Assembly: GCA_900315045.1 (NCBI GenBank)
Contig: OMXR01000004.1
Location: 26,136-90,135 of the forward strand
Direction of reading: 5' to 3'
Origin: an uncultured Sutterella sp.
GTDB lineage: Bacteria > Pseudomonadota > Gammaproteobacteria > Burkholderiales > Burkholderiaceae_F
Length of the DNA stretch: 64,000 nt
The position numbers and the translations under genes are program-made. Below are positions 9,595 to 19,633 of the stretch, one piece after another. Position 1 is the first letter of the stretch; every line of letters begins with the position of its first letter. The notes below the pieces were generated by a model that saw only the letters and a program-made list of their open reading frames with translations, had not been told where the DNA came from and did not search any database.

Positions 9595-10851
9595 ATGGGA
9601 TCGCCCTTTGAACTGCTGGTCGGCCTCAGATACACCCGGGCCGGCCGCCGCGGCCGCCGCAAGGACGGCTTCATGAGCTTCATCTCGGCAATTTCCGTTG
9701 CCTCGATCGCCGTGGGCGTCATGGCGCTCATCATCGTTCTCTCGGTCATGAACGGGTTCCAGAAGGAAGTGCGCGACCGCATGCTCTCGATCCTCCCCCA
9801 TGTGGAGATCGTCAGCCTGCGTGGCCCGATCACCGACTGGGCGTCCGTTGCCGGAGACCTCAGAAAGAACGCACAGGTGAAAGCATGCGCTCCGTACGTC
9901 GCCGGCCAGGCGCTCGTGAGCTCTGGCGGCTCCGTGCGCGGCGCCATGCTCCGCGGCATTTCCCCGGAATTTGAACCCGCGGTGAGCGACATAGCGGCAA
10001 CCATGCCGCGGAACGCGCTCCAGAGCCTGCAGCCCGGATCGTTCTCCATCATCATCGGACGCGACCTCGCACGGCTTCTGCGCGTACGCGTGGGCGAGAA
10101 AATCGCCGTGATCGTCCCCACGGGCAACGTCACGCCGGCCGGCTTCATCCCCAGAATGAAGCAGATGACCGTGACGGCCATTTTCTCCTCCGGGCACTAC
10201 GAATACGACAGCACGATGGCGCTCACAAGCGTTGAGGACGCCGCGGCGCTCTACCGCACGGGCGGCCCGACCGGAATCCGCGTGCGCATCGCGGACATGC
10301 AGCAGGCCCGCGCCGTCTCCGATCAGCTCGCCCGCGGTCTGCCGCCCGGCTGGTATGCAACGGACTGGACCGAGCAGAACAAGACCTGGTTCGCGGCCGT
10401 CCAGGTTGAAAAGCGCATGATGGCAATCATCCTCTTTCTCATCGTGCTCGTCGGCGCGTTCGGCCTGGTTTCCACGCTCGTCATGACGGTCACGGAAAAG
10501 CGCTCCGACATCGCCATCCTGCGGACGCTGGGCGCCACCCCCCGCTCCATCATGGCGATTTTCATGATCCAGGGCGGCATTGTGGGGCTGGTGGGCGTTG
10601 CGATCGGCGTCGCCCTGGGGCTTGCCATCGCCTGCAACCTCTCGGTCATCGTGCCCGCCATCGAGTCGGTCCTCGGCGTGCAGTTCCTGCCTCGGGAAAT
10701 CTATTTCATCAGCCAGATGCCAAGCGACCCGAGGGCCTCGGACATCATCCCGATCGCCCTGTTCTCGCTTGTCATGAGTCTGCTTGCGACCATCTATCCA
10801 TCCTGGCGAGCGGCCAAGATCAACCCGGCGGAGGCGCTTCGCTATGAGTAG
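9595..10851 (+). CDS. Lipoprotein-releasing ABC transporter permease (LolC/LolE family; single copy here)
   Basis: [12 protein letters not shown]...[27 protein letters not shown] and a C-terminal FtsX-type permease domain ending ...[13 protein letters not shown]. Confidence 0.9.
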   Translation: MGSPFELLVGLRYTRAGRRGRRKDGFMSFISAISVASIAVGVMALIIVLSVMNGFQKEVRDRMLSILPHVEIVSLRGPITDWASVAGDLRKNAQVKACAPYVAGQALVSSGGSVRGAMLRGISPEFEPAVSDIAATMPRNALQSLQPGSFSIIIGRDLARLLRVRVGEKIAVIVPTGNVTPAGFIPRMKQMTVTAIFSSGHYEYDSTMALTSVEDAAALYRTGGPTGIRVRIADMQQARAVSDQLARGLPPGWYATDWTEQNKTWFAAVQVEKRMMAIILFLIVLVGAFGLVSTLVMTVTEKRSDIAILRTLGATPRSIMAIFMIQGGIVGLVGVAIGVALGLAIACNLSVIVPAIESVLGVQFLPREIYFISQMPSDPRASDIIPIALFSLVMSLLATIYPSWRAAKINPAEALRYE

Positions 10852-11524
10852 AACCATTCTTGTCAAGGGCCTCAGCAAGGCCTACAGCGACATCGGCGGA
10901 CGCAAGGTGCCCGTGCTTGAGAATCTTGACCTGGAAGTGTTGCAGGGCGAGATCGTTGCCATTGTCGGCGCCTCGGGCTCGGGCAAGAGCACGCTGCTGC
11001 ATGCCATCGGCGGCCTGGACAGCTTTGACGCAGGCCGCGTGGAAATTGCCGGGCAATCCATCGCGGGGCTCTCGGAAAACGCCCTGGCGGCCATGCGCAA
11101 CCGGAACCTTGGCTTTGTCTATCAGTTCCACCACCTGCTGCCCGAGTTCACTGCGCTTGAAAACGTCGCCATGCCGCTCATCATCCGCCGGGAGCCGCTC
11201 GAGCAGGCGCATGCCGCCGCCCGGGCCGCGCTTGAGAGCGTGGGACTTGCGCAGCGGGCCGAGCACCTGCCCGGTCAGCTCTCCGGCGGCGAGCGCCAGC
11301 GCGTTGCAATCGCCAGGGCCATCGTGACCAATCCCAAGTGCGTGCTCGCCGACGAACCGACAGGCAACCTGGATGCCCAAACGGCCATGTCCGTGTTTTC
11401 CGTGTTCATCGACCTCGCACGCAGCCACGGCACCGCAATCATCATCGTCACCCACGACCTGTCGATCGCCGCGCAATGCGACCGTGTGCTCAAGCTTGAG
11501 AACGGGGGCATCCGCCCGTGCTGA
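10844..11524 (+). CDS. lolD: Lipoprotein-releasing ABC transporter ATP-binding protein
   Basis: Walker [10 protein letters not shown], signature [14 protein letters not shown] and Walker [12 protein letters not shown]. The ATG at 10844 overlaps the permease stop by 8 nt. Confidence 0.92.
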   Translation: MSRTILVKGLSKAYSDIGGRKVPVLENLDLEVLQGEIVAIVGASGSGKSTLLHAIGGLDSFDAGRVEIAGQSIAGLSENALAAMRNRNLGFVYQFHHLLPEFTALENVAMPLIIRREPLEQAHAAARAALESVGLAQRAEHLPGQLSGGERQRVAIARAIVTNPKCVLADEPTGNLDAQTAMSVFSVFIDLARSHGTAIIIVTHDLSIAAQCDRVLKLENGGIRPC

Positions 11525-12327
11525 TCGACACGCACTGCCACGCAGACTGCAGCGCCTTTGATGCAGACCGCTCCGAGATGATTGATGAGGCCCGCGCCGC
11601 GGGCGTAGCGGGTGCGCTCGTGTGCGCGGGAGAAGTCTCATCCCTCGGCAAAACGGCGCGGATCGCCCGTGCATGCCGTCTCAGCTACGCGCTCGGCATG
11701 CATCCCATGTACCTGCCCGCGCCGGAAGATGCCGATCGGGCGCTCTCCGAGCACCGCGCCGCCTGCGAACAGGCGCTTTCCGATCCCTGCTTTGCTGCCG
11801 TCGGAGAAATCGGACTGGACGGGTTTGTTGCCGGGCTTGACATGGGCTACCAGGAGCGGCTCTTTGCTGCGCAGCTCAAGACGGCCCGGAATCTTGCCCT
11901 TCCCGTCTCCGTGCACGCGCGCCACGCTGTCGACAAGACCGCCATGTGGCTTGCGAGAATTCCCCCTAGCGGCGGTGTTGTCCATGCGTTCAACGGCTCC
12001 ATCGAGCAGGCCCGGAAAATTCTCTCGCTCGGGCTGAAGCTTGGGTTTGGCGGCGCACTCGCCTACCGCGGTTCGCAGCGGATCCGCCGTATTTTCTGCG
12101 CCCTTCCGGCCGATGCCTTCGTTCTGGAAACGGATGCGCCCGACATGCCCGGACCCGATCGGCGCTCGAGCACCGATCCCCGCACGCATATCGGCGACAT
12201 CCTCGGCTACGCGCGGATCGCCGCGGAGCTGCGCGCCTGCAGCATTGAAGACATCTGCAGGCAAAGTACCGAAAACGCCCTGCAGGCCTTCCCCAGAATG
12301 GCACAGAGCCTGGAGCCCGCGCCATGA
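11518..12327 (+). CDS. tatD: TatD-family metal-dependent hydrolase/DNase
   Basis: LIDTHCH...GEIGLD...VHAR...VVHAF are TatD motifs. The GTG start overlaps the lolD stop by 7 nt. Confidence 0.85.
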   Translation: MLIDTHCHADCSAFDADRSEMIDEARAAGVAGALVCAGEVSSLGKTARIARACRLSYALGMHPMYLPAPEDADRALSEHRAACEQALSDPCFAAVGEIGLDGFVAGLDMGYQERLFAAQLKTARNLALPVSVHARHAVDKTAMWLARIPPSGGVVHAFNGSIEQARKILSLGLKLGFGGALAYRGSQRIRRIFCALPADAFVLETDAPDMPGPDRRSSTDPRTHIGDILGYARIAAELRACSIEDICRQSTENALQAFPRMAQSLEPAP

Positions 12328-14099
12328 AAGATGCCGCCCGCCGCTTTCTGGTTTTTCTCCTCGCTGCGCTTTCGGCAATCTCCGCCGCAGCGCAGGAGAT
12401 TGCCGATGCGCAAATTCCGCAGCTTCGCGTCGGGATCGTGGCCTTTCTGCGCCCCTCGCCCAACGAGCCGATCATTGAACCGACCGTCAAGCTCCTCCAG
12501 AAGCTCTTTCCGCTCACCAGGGTCAGCACTTCGGTCATGACCATGCAGGAGCTCTCGCGCGCCATTCAGAACCGCTCGGTCGACATCTTCATCGCAAGCG
12601 CCGGCTTTTACCGGCAGGAATCCGTCAACGGCGCCTCGGCGATCGCCGCCGTCGCCCATGTCACGCATCCGAACCCGAACAGCTCCGAAGGCTCGGCTTT
12701 CGTCGTGCGCCGCGACCTGCCCGTCTCGAGCATCGAGGAGCTCAAGGGGCTGCGCCTGATGGCCGCCACGCCCGACGGCTTCACTGCAATGCGCGTGGCG
12801 CAGGGCGAACTGCTTGAGCGTGGGTACGATCCGCTGACATTCTTTGGCTCCACGCAGTACTCCGGCCCCGGAGAGAAAATCGCCGAAATCGTCAAGTCTC
12901 TCAAGGGCGGAACGGTCGATGTCGGCATTTTCAGAACCTGCTGGATCGAGGACTGGATGAGAGCGCATCCGCAGGACAAGTACGAATTTCGCGTGATTGA
13001 GCCCAAAACGACGATCGGCGCCTGTCAGAGCTCCACTGCGCTCTACCCCTCATGGGTGATCGCCGCAACGCCGCATCTGCCGCCAACCGTTTCCCGGACC
13101 ATTGCCAAGGCCATTCTGGACATGCCGGCCACCGATTCCGGCCACTTCTGGAGCCTGATCACGGACTTCAGCAGCATCGACAACCTATTCCGAAAGCTCA
13201 GAATCGGTCCGTACCAGTATCTGCGCGAATGGTCCGCAAGGCGCATCTGGGAGAGTTACGGCACGGTCATCATCACCGCCTTCCTGGCATTTCTGGCGCT
13301 TCTTGCACACGCCGTGCGCACGAGCCAGCTGGTGAAGAAGCGCACCTCGGCCCTGCGCGATTCCCTTGCGCGCGAAAAGGCGCTCAAGCGCGCCGCCATG
13401 CAGGCCGCGGACCGCATCGAGCGGCTGCAGCGCAGCGGCATCATCGGTCAGATCTCCTCAATGATCGCGCACGAACTGCGCCAGCCCCTTGCCACGCTCA
13501 GCCTCTACACGAAGGGCCTGCGCCGCATGGTGCGCCCCGGACTCGATCCGCAGTCCGTCCTCGGCATTCTCGATCAGATCGACAATCAGACCGAGCGCAT
13601 CAACAGCATCGTGGAAAACGTGCGCTCCTACGCCAAAAGCAAGACTGCCGGCCGCAGCCCCGCGGACCTGCGAGAGATCTGCCGCGCAGCCATCCGCTCC
13701 TGGCAGGAAACCGGCCGCTACCAGAATGTCTCCGTGCACTTCAGCGCACCGGAATCGATCCGGCTGACCGTCAATTCCCTTGAGTGGGAGCTTGTCGTTC
13801 TGAACCTCATCAAAAACGCAGCCGAAGCACAAAAGAACATGGATCGCGGCCTGGTGTCCGTCCATCTTGCGAGGCGCTCGGACAACCGCGCCGAACTCGT
13901 TGTTTCGGACAATGGTCCCGAAGTGGGCGAGCAGGTGCTCGAAGCGCTTTCCAAGCCCCTTGCAAGCACCAAGGCGGAGGGCCTGGGGCTCGGCATATCT
14001 ATTGTCCGGAGCATTCTGGAAGCGCACGGGGCAAGGCTAGAATTCAGCCGGAACACGCCTTCGGGCCTTTGTGCAACGGTCAGCATTCCGCTGCCCTGA
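12324..14099 (+). CDS. Sensor histidine kinase with a periplasmic PhnD/PBP-type domain (TtrS-like architecture)
   Basis: Signal/TM segment, then a ~280-aa PBP-like domain (LRVGIVAF...GLRLMAATPDGFT...), a TM segment, the H-box SSMIAHELRQPL, and N/G boxes (LNLIKNAAEA, GLGLGISIV). ATGA overlap with the tatD stop. Confidence 0.8.
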   Translation: MKDAARRFLVFLLAALSAISAAAQEIADAQIPQLRVGIVAFLRPSPNEPIIEPTVKLLQKLFPLTRVSTSVMTMQELSRAIQNRSVDIFIASAGFYRQESVNGASAIAAVAHVTHPNPNSSEGSAFVVRRDLPVSSIEELKGLRLMAATPDGFTAMRVAQGELLERGYDPLTFFGSTQYSGPGEKIAEIVKSLKGGTVDVGIFRTCWIEDWMRAHPQDKYEFRVIEPKTTIGACQSSTALYPSWVIAATPHLPPTVSRTIAKAILDMPATDSGHFWSLITDFSSIDNLFRKLRIGPYQYLREWSARRIWESYGTVIITAFLAFLALLAHAVRTSQLVKKRTSALRDSLAREKALKRAAMQAADRIERLQRSGIIGQISSMIAHELRQPLATLSLYTKGLRRMVRPGLDPQSVLGILDQIDNQTERINSIVENVRSYAKSKTAGRSPADLREICRAAIRSWQETGRYQNVSVHFSAPESIRLTVNSLEWELVVLNLIKNAAEAQKNMDRGLVSVHLARRSDNRAELVVSDNGPEVGEQVLEALSKPLASTKAEGLGLGISIVRSILEAHGARLEFSRNTPSGLCATVSIPLP

Positions 14100-14111
14100 T
14101 CATTTCTGCTT

Positions 14112-14750
14112 TTGGTTATGAACGCGCTCAAAGACATGCAAGACAAAGCGATTGTCCGCATTGTTGACGATGACTCGGACCTGTCCTCCGCGCTCAAGTT
14201 TTTCATCGAGCTCGACGGCTGGCACACGGCCGTGTACAACGATGCCCGGTCGTTCCTCGCCGCGGACCTCCCCTCGGTTCCCGGCTGCCTCGTTCTGGAT
14301 GTCCGCATGCCCGGACTCTCGGGGCTGGAGTGCCAGACGCTGCTCGCCGAGCACGGAATCGATCTTCCCATCATCTTCATCACCGGGCACGGGGACGTGG
14401 ACATGGCCGTGCAGGCCATGCTGGGAGGCGCAATCGACTTTCTGCAAAAGCCGGTTGATGAAAACCGGCTCCTTGCAGACATCCGCAAGGGCGTTCGGCT
14501 TTCCTGCGAACGGCTTTTCGGGACGGTCTCCGACGAGCAGGCCGCCGACCGGTTTTCCGCCCTGACCGAGCGCGAGCAGGAAATTGTCCGTCTTGTGGCG
14601 CAGGGGCTATCCACGCGCGCGATTGCCGAGCGTCTCGGCATCGCCATGAAAACAGCCGAGGCGCATCGCTCGAGCGGCCTCAAAAAACTCGGCACGCACG
14701 ACCCGAAAACAATCAGCCAGTTGCTCAGTCAGCTAAAGGGCGCTTCATGA
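14112..14750 (+). CDS. FixJ/LuxR-family response regulator (canonical receiver domain)
   Basis: VRIVDDD...LVLDVRMPGLSG...IFITGHGD...GAIDFLQKP plus a C-terminal LuxR HTH (LTEREQEIVRLVAQGLSTRAIAERLGI). It starts 12 nt after the kinase. Confidence 0.88.
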   Translation: MVMNALKDMQDKAIVRIVDDDSDLSSALKFFIELDGWHTAVYNDARSFLAADLPSVPGCLVLDVRMPGLSGLECQTLLAEHGIDLPIIFITGHGDVDMAVQAMLGGAIDFLQKPVDENRLLADIRKGVRLSCERLFGTVSDEQAADRFSALTEREQEIVRLVAQGLSTRAIAERLGIAMKTAEAHRSSGLKKLGTHDPKTISQLLSQLKGAS

Positions 14751-14772
14751 ACCGCTCGGGGCGGTTTCTTTG
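14750..14772 (+). terminator. Short terminator-like hairpin after the response regulator
   Basis: AACCGC-TCGGG-GCGGTT followed by TCTTT. The stem is short and the U-tract imperfect. Confidence 0.35.
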
Positions 14773-14821
14773 GTGCTAAATTCGCTCCAAGCCTGTGAGG
14801 GCACGAGACAAGGAGATTCAG

Positions 14822-17617
14822 ATGCAACTTAACCGCATGAGCAAGATCGCCATTGGGGTTGCCGCCGCCTGCGCACTGTATTCGGCAGGAGGATTCTGGG
14901 GCGTGCCCGCTCTCATGAAATGGGCTGCCGAAGGTCCGGCTACGGAGGCACTCGGCCGCAAGGTCTCCATTGAAAAGGCCGAGTTCAACCCCTGGACGCT
15001 AGAAGCCACCGTCCACAACATCGCCATGGCGGACCAGGCGGGGGCCAATCCGGCTCTGTCCATCGGCCGCGTCTATGTCAACACGGCCTTTCTTGAATCC
15101 ATCAAGCGCTTCGGCGTTGTCCTTCAGGAGCTCTCGGTCGATGCATTCAACGGATCGATCCTGATCAACGAGAAGGGCGGCACGAGCTTTGACGATGTCA
15201 TCGCAAGGCTCTCCGCCCCGGACGCGGAAACGCCGCAGCCGCAAACCGCAGAGAAAAAGGACGCTGAGAAAAAGGAAAAGCCCTTCCCGTTCTGCATCAA
15301 CAACATCGAGCTCGCCAATTCCGGATTCCACATCTCCGCCCCTTCCATGGGCGTCAACGAGAAAATCACCGACCTTGAGCTTGCCATCCCCTTCCTCGGA
15401 ACGATCGGCGCAGATGTCGAAAGGTATGTCACGCCCAAGCTCTCGTTCAAGGACAACGGCGCGCCCTTTGCCGCCGAGGGGCAGACGCTGCCCTTCCAGG
15501 ACAGCATCGCCACGAAGCTTCATGCGGACATCAAGGGCTACAGCTTTGCGCATCTGGCGGGCCTGGCTCCCGCCTCTGCCGGCCTCAAGATCAACTCGGG
15601 TACGCTTTCGCTCTCGGCTGACCTGATCTTTGCGCTTGCCACGCAAGAGAAGCCCGCGACCATTCTTCTGAAGGCCAAGGCGAGCTCGGACGGCGTTGAT
15701 GTGCACATGAAGGGAGCGCAGGCCGAGAGCAGCAAGTTCACCTTTGCCAAGCTTGCCGTGGATCTGGATGAACTCGACCTGATCAAGCAAAGCGCAACGC
15801 TCGGCAGCGTCAAGCTTTCATCCCCTGCCGTCTCGCTCCCCGACAACGGCGTTTCATCCAAAGCCAGCGAGCTCGCAATCGGCGGCATCCATCTTGCTTG
15901 GAAGGACAAGGGCGCGCTCACGCTCACCAACGAATCGCTCAAACTGCTTGGGGCGAGCGCAAAGCTCGCAGGCGACCTCCCGCTTGAGGCCTCCGTCGGT
16001 TCGCTCTCGGTCAGCAAGGGCCGCGTCGCCGTCAAGGACACCATTTCGGTTGCGCTGAAGTCTGCCGATGTCGGCAATGCCTCCGTAAGCCTGCCAGTGA
16101 ATGCCGCCACGGTTACGGTACTCACCGACAAGGCGAACGCCTCGGGCATCGAATGGGCTGACGGCGCCTCTGGCTACACGCGCCTTGCCTCGAGCCTGGC
16201 CGAGAAAATCGCCTTTGAAATCGCCGGCCAGAAGAGCCAGTTCGGAGCCATTGACAGCGTCTCGGTCTCCAAGCTGAACGCCCCGGCACAGGGAACGATT
16301 TCGCTCGAGTCGGTCAAGATCGAGAAGCCGCGCTACCGCGTGAGCAAGCTCGCCGATGGCACCCTTGACATCGATCCGCTGCTCGGCAAGCGGGAATCGG
16401 CCGAGAAGGCCCAGCAGGTGCGCGAACAGGTCCAGGCGAAGGTTCAGAAGGTTGAGCAAAAGACCGGACGCGACACCGAGCGTCCCATCCGCGTGGGCGA
16501 AATCGCCGTCAACAACGGTTTCCTGGGATTTACCGACAGATCCGTCAATCCGCCGGGCGAAATCCGCTGCGGCGACGTCAAGGTCTCCATCAAGCCTCTT
16601 GCCATCGGCGGCGAAGACACGCCGGCAACGGTGCAGACCTCGGCTCTCATCAACGGCGTGTCCAAGATCAAGCTCACGGGCCAGGGCTCGCCGCTTGCCG
16701 ACAAGGGCAAGCTCACGGCCAAGGGTTCTCTGACGTCGGTGTCAATGCCGTTCTTCAGCCCCTACACGCTGCACTACACCTCGTACCCCATCAAGCGCGG
16801 CAACCTGACGGTCAATGCCGATGTGACCATCACGGACAAGAGCAAGCTCAAGGTTGACAACCACATCACGATCGAGCGTCTCGAGTGGGGCGACTACAGT
16901 CCCAACGCAACGAGCTCTGCGCTGCCCGTGACGCTGGCTTCCGCACTGCTCACGGACAGCAAGGGCAATGTGGACTTCGGCCTGCCCATCTCGGGCGACC
17001 TTGCCGACCCGACCTTCTCAATCGGGGAAGTCGTGCTGATCGCGCTGAAGAATCTGATCCTGAAGGTTGTCGCTTCGCCGGTGAATCTGCTCACATCGCT
17101 TGCGACTTTCGGCCTCGGGAACGGCGCGACAAACTCCGTGATGATCCCGTATGTCGCGGGACTCGCGCAGATGGGAGAGGAACAAAAGCAGATCGCCCGG
17201 CCGATTGTCGAAGCCCTCAAGAAGAACCCCAAGAGCAAGCTTGAGATCATTCCGGTCGTAGCGCTCAAGGGCGAAGACCTCGAAGTGCACCGCCGCACAT
17301 ACGAAGGCATGCTCAAGATCGCCATGTCGACTCTGCCCGCCGGCCAGCGCACGCGTGACGCAGCCGTGAGCAAGGTCTTCAAGATGATCCTGCCCAAAGA
17401 AAACCAGTCCCTGTCCACCCAGCAAAAGGAGCAGAAGCTCTACGGGGCGGTCAAGCCCGACCTGAACAGCGTCGTCAACATGGCCAACGCCCGCGCAAAG
17501 ATCTTCTCTCGCATGCTCGTGGAAAACGGCATCGACGAGAGCCGGATCTTCATTGCCCATCATGAAGTCGACGAGAAGGGAACCTCGGGCGGAATCAAGA
17601 TCGCCATTCTGAAATAG
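14822..17617 (+). CDS. Large envelope protein, DUF748-like (AsmA-like clan)
   Basis: ATG at 14822 lies 6 nt after AAGGAG. The N-terminal anchor is MSKIAIGVAAACALYSAGGFWGV, followed by a long beta-rich, low-Cys repetitive body. The last ~170 aa loosely recall an OmpA-C-like layout but lack the core motif. The family call is from memory. Confidence 0.55.
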   Translation: MQLNRMSKIAIGVAAACALYSAGGFWGVPALMKWAAEGPATEALGRKVSIEKAEFNPWTLEATVHNIAMADQAGANPALSIGRVYVNTAFLESIKRFGVVLQELSVDAFNGSILINEKGGTSFDDVIARLSAPDAETPQPQTAEKKDAEKKEKPFPFCINNIELANSGFHISAPSMGVNEKITDLELAIPFLGTIGADVERYVTPKLSFKDNGAPFAAEGQTLPFQDSIATKLHADIKGYSFAHLAGLAPASAGLKINSGTLSLSADLIFALATQEKPATILLKAKASSDGVDVHMKGAQAESSKFTFAKLAVDLDELDLIKQSATLGSVKLSSPAVSLPDNGVSSKASELAIGGIHLAWKDKGALTLTNESLKLLGASAKLAGDLPLEASVGSLSVSKGRVAVKDTISVALKSADVGNASVSLPVNAATVTVLTDKANASGIEWADGASGYTRLASSLAEKIAFEIAGQKSQFGAIDSVSVSKLNAPAQGTISLESVKIEKPRYRVSKLADGTLDIDPLLGKRESAEKAQQVREQVQAKVQKVEQKTGRDTERPIRVGEIAVNNGFLGFTDRSVNPPGEIRCGDVKVSIKPLAIGGEDTPATVQTSALINGVSKIKLTGQGSPLADKGKLTAKGSLTSVSMPFFSPYTLHYTSYPIKRGNLTVNADVTITDKSKLKVDNHITIERLEWGDYSPNATSSALPVTLASALLTDSKGNVDFGLPISGDLADPTFSIGEVVLIALKNLILKVVASPVNLLTSLATFGLGNGATNSVMIPYVAGLAQMGEEQKQIARPIVEALKKNPKSKLEIIPVVALKGEDLEVHRRTYEGMLKIAMSTLPAGQRTRDAAVSKVFKMILPKENQSLSTQQKEQKLYGAVKPDLNSVVNMANARAKIFSRMLVENGIDESRIFIAHHEVDEKGTSGGIKIAILK

Positions 17618-17833
17618 TCAGTAACGGCCTGACCGGGGCGCGTCACCACGGCCACACCCAACGCGCTCCGGGATGCCCATCTCGGAGCGCATTTCTTGTT
17701 CCGGGCATCGTCTTTTGCATAATATCAGTCGCTTTTTGCACATTCGCACATTCATTTTGCGCAAACACAGATTCCGGTCTGTCCCTTCGGCGTACGATTC
17801 CCTTATTTCAACAACCTCTTCAGGCCAAAAACC

Positions 17834-19510
17834 GTGGAATGGCTTTCAACACTGCTCACTGATCCGAATGCGATCAGCCACATCATTTTTGTTTACGCCC
17901 TGCTCGTCTCGGTCGGCATGGCGCTCGGGCACGTCAAGGTCTTCGGCATTTCGCTGGGCGTCACGTTCGTGCTCTTCGTGGCGCTCGCCGCCGGCTACCT
18001 CGGGCTGTCCGTCAATGCCTCCGTGCTGAACTTCGTACGGGACTTCGGACTGATCCTGTTCGTGTTCTTCATCGGACTGCAGGTGGGGCCGAGCTTTTTC
18101 AGCGCCTTCAAAAGCTCAGGCATCACGCTCAATCTGCTTGCGGTTCTGGCAATTGTCCTGAGCATCGTCGTGACGATCATCCTCTGGGTGCTCTTTTCGC
18201 AAGACATCCATCTGGCGCAGATGCTTGGCGTGCACTTCGGCGCAGTGACGAACACGCCGGGTCTGGGCGCCACGCAGGAAGCGCTCGACATGCTCAGCTA
18301 CACGGGAGAGAACATTGCCGTCGCCTACGCCTGCGCCTACCCGCTCGGCGTGCTGGGCATCATCGGTTCGGTGATCGCGCTGCGGCTGTTCTTCGGCATC
18401 GATCTGAAGGAAGAGGACAAGCACTGGGAGCAGCAGGAAAAGAGCCAGAACGATGCGCCGATCTTCTTCCACGTGCAGATCACGAATGAGGCGCTCGAAG
18501 GCCGGACCATCCGTCAGGTGCGCGATTTCATCGGCCGCCAGTTCATCTGCTCGCGCGTGCTGCATGACAAGGAGATCTACAGCCCGTCCCCTGACTCGCA
18601 GCTGCATCTGGGCGACACGGTGCGGATCGTGAGCGCCAAGGAGCACAAGCTGCCCATCACGGCGTTTTTCGGGCATGAGGCGACGGATGTGGATCTCGCA
18701 ACGGAGCACTCGCCCGTCACGCTGCGCATCGTGCGCGTCACAAAGCTCTCAGTCAACGGCATCAAGGTGGGTGACCTGCACCTGTCCTCCTACGACGGCG
18801 TAAACATCACCCGCATCATCCGTGCAGGCATCACGCTGTTTCCGGCCCAGGACACGCATCTGCAGCTCGGCGACGTCGTGTACTGCGTGGGACCGGAACG
18901 TGCCCTCGTGCGCCTTGCCGGGCGTCTGGGCGACCAGGCTCAAAAGCTGGAAAAGCCAAACATCGCCGCGCTGTTCTTCGGCGTGTGTGCGGGCATCATC
19001 TTCGGCTGCATGCCGATTGCGATCCCCGGCATGCCCGTCCCGGTCAAGCTCGGACTTGCGGGCGGCCCCCTCATCATCGCCATTTTGCTCGGAAGGTTCG
19101 GGCCGAGCATGCATCTGGTCACCTACACGACAACCTCTGCCAACCTGATGCTTCGGGAAATCGGCATCGCGCTCTTCATGGCTAGCGTGGGACTTGCCGC
19201 AGGACCGAGCTTCGTGAAGGCCATTACGGGCGGCCCCGGCCCCATGTACGCGGCGCTCGGCTTTTGCATCACGGTGATCCCGGTACTGATCACTGGGATT
19301 GTCGGAAGGAAATACTTTGGCCTGAACTATCACACGCTGGTCGGCACGATTGCGGGCGCAACGACCAATCCGCCGACGCTGGCCTATGCGGGCACGCTCT
19401 CGGACAAGAATCCGGCCGTGATCGCCTATTCGACGGTCTATCCCCTGTCGATGTTCCTGCGCATTCTCACCGGGCAGCTCGTTCTGGTGGCGCTCTGGTC
19501 GTTCGTGTAG
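17834..19510 (+). CDS. YidE/YbjL-type (AAE family) putative transporter with central TrkA-C (RCK_C) domains
   Basis: GHVKVFGISLGVTFVLFVALAAGYLG resembles the YidE N-terminus. Two membrane halves flank a soluble, duplicated region of ~170 aa. Confidence 0.78.
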   Translation: MEWLSTLLTDPNAISHIIFVYALLVSVGMALGHVKVFGISLGVTFVLFVALAAGYLGLSVNASVLNFVRDFGLILFVFFIGLQVGPSFFSAFKSSGITLNLLAVLAIVLSIVVTIILWVLFSQDIHLAQMLGVHFGAVTNTPGLGATQEALDMLSYTGENIAVAYACAYPLGVLGIIGSVIALRLFFGIDLKEEDKHWEQQEKSQNDAPIFFHVQITNEALEGRTIRQVRDFIGRQFICSRVLHDKEIYSPSPDSQLHLGDTVRIVSAKEHKLPITAFFGHEATDVDLATEHSPVTLRIVRVTKLSVNGIKVGDLHLSSYDGVNITRIIRAGITLFPAQDTHLQLGDVVYCVGPERALVRLAGRLGDQAQKLEKPNIAALFFGVCAGIIFGCMPIAIPGMPVPVKLGLAGGPLIIAILLGRFGPSMHLVTYTTTSANLMLREIGIALFMASVGLAAGPSFVKAITGGPGPMYAALGFCITVIPVLITGIVGRKYFGLNYHTLVGTIAGATTNPPTLAYAGTLSDKNPAVIAYSTVYPLSMFLRILTGQLVLVALWSFV

Positions 19511-19633
19511 CCTAAGGCATCAGTCCAGCAGAAAGGGGGAGGTCAAAAAAAAAGGCTTCCCCTTTTTTCTGGATGCAGAGCGGTTCAGACGATGGAATCT
19601 GGCGAAAAAGTCCCCATGCCGAACGCGATAAAG

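Noticed and set aside
19532-19568. A hairpin after the YidE-like gene (AAAGGGG...CCCCTTTTTT) as a terminator.
   Set aside because: The stem is only ~7 bp with a 20-nt A-rich loop. It is too weak to call confidently, although it may still function bidirectionally.
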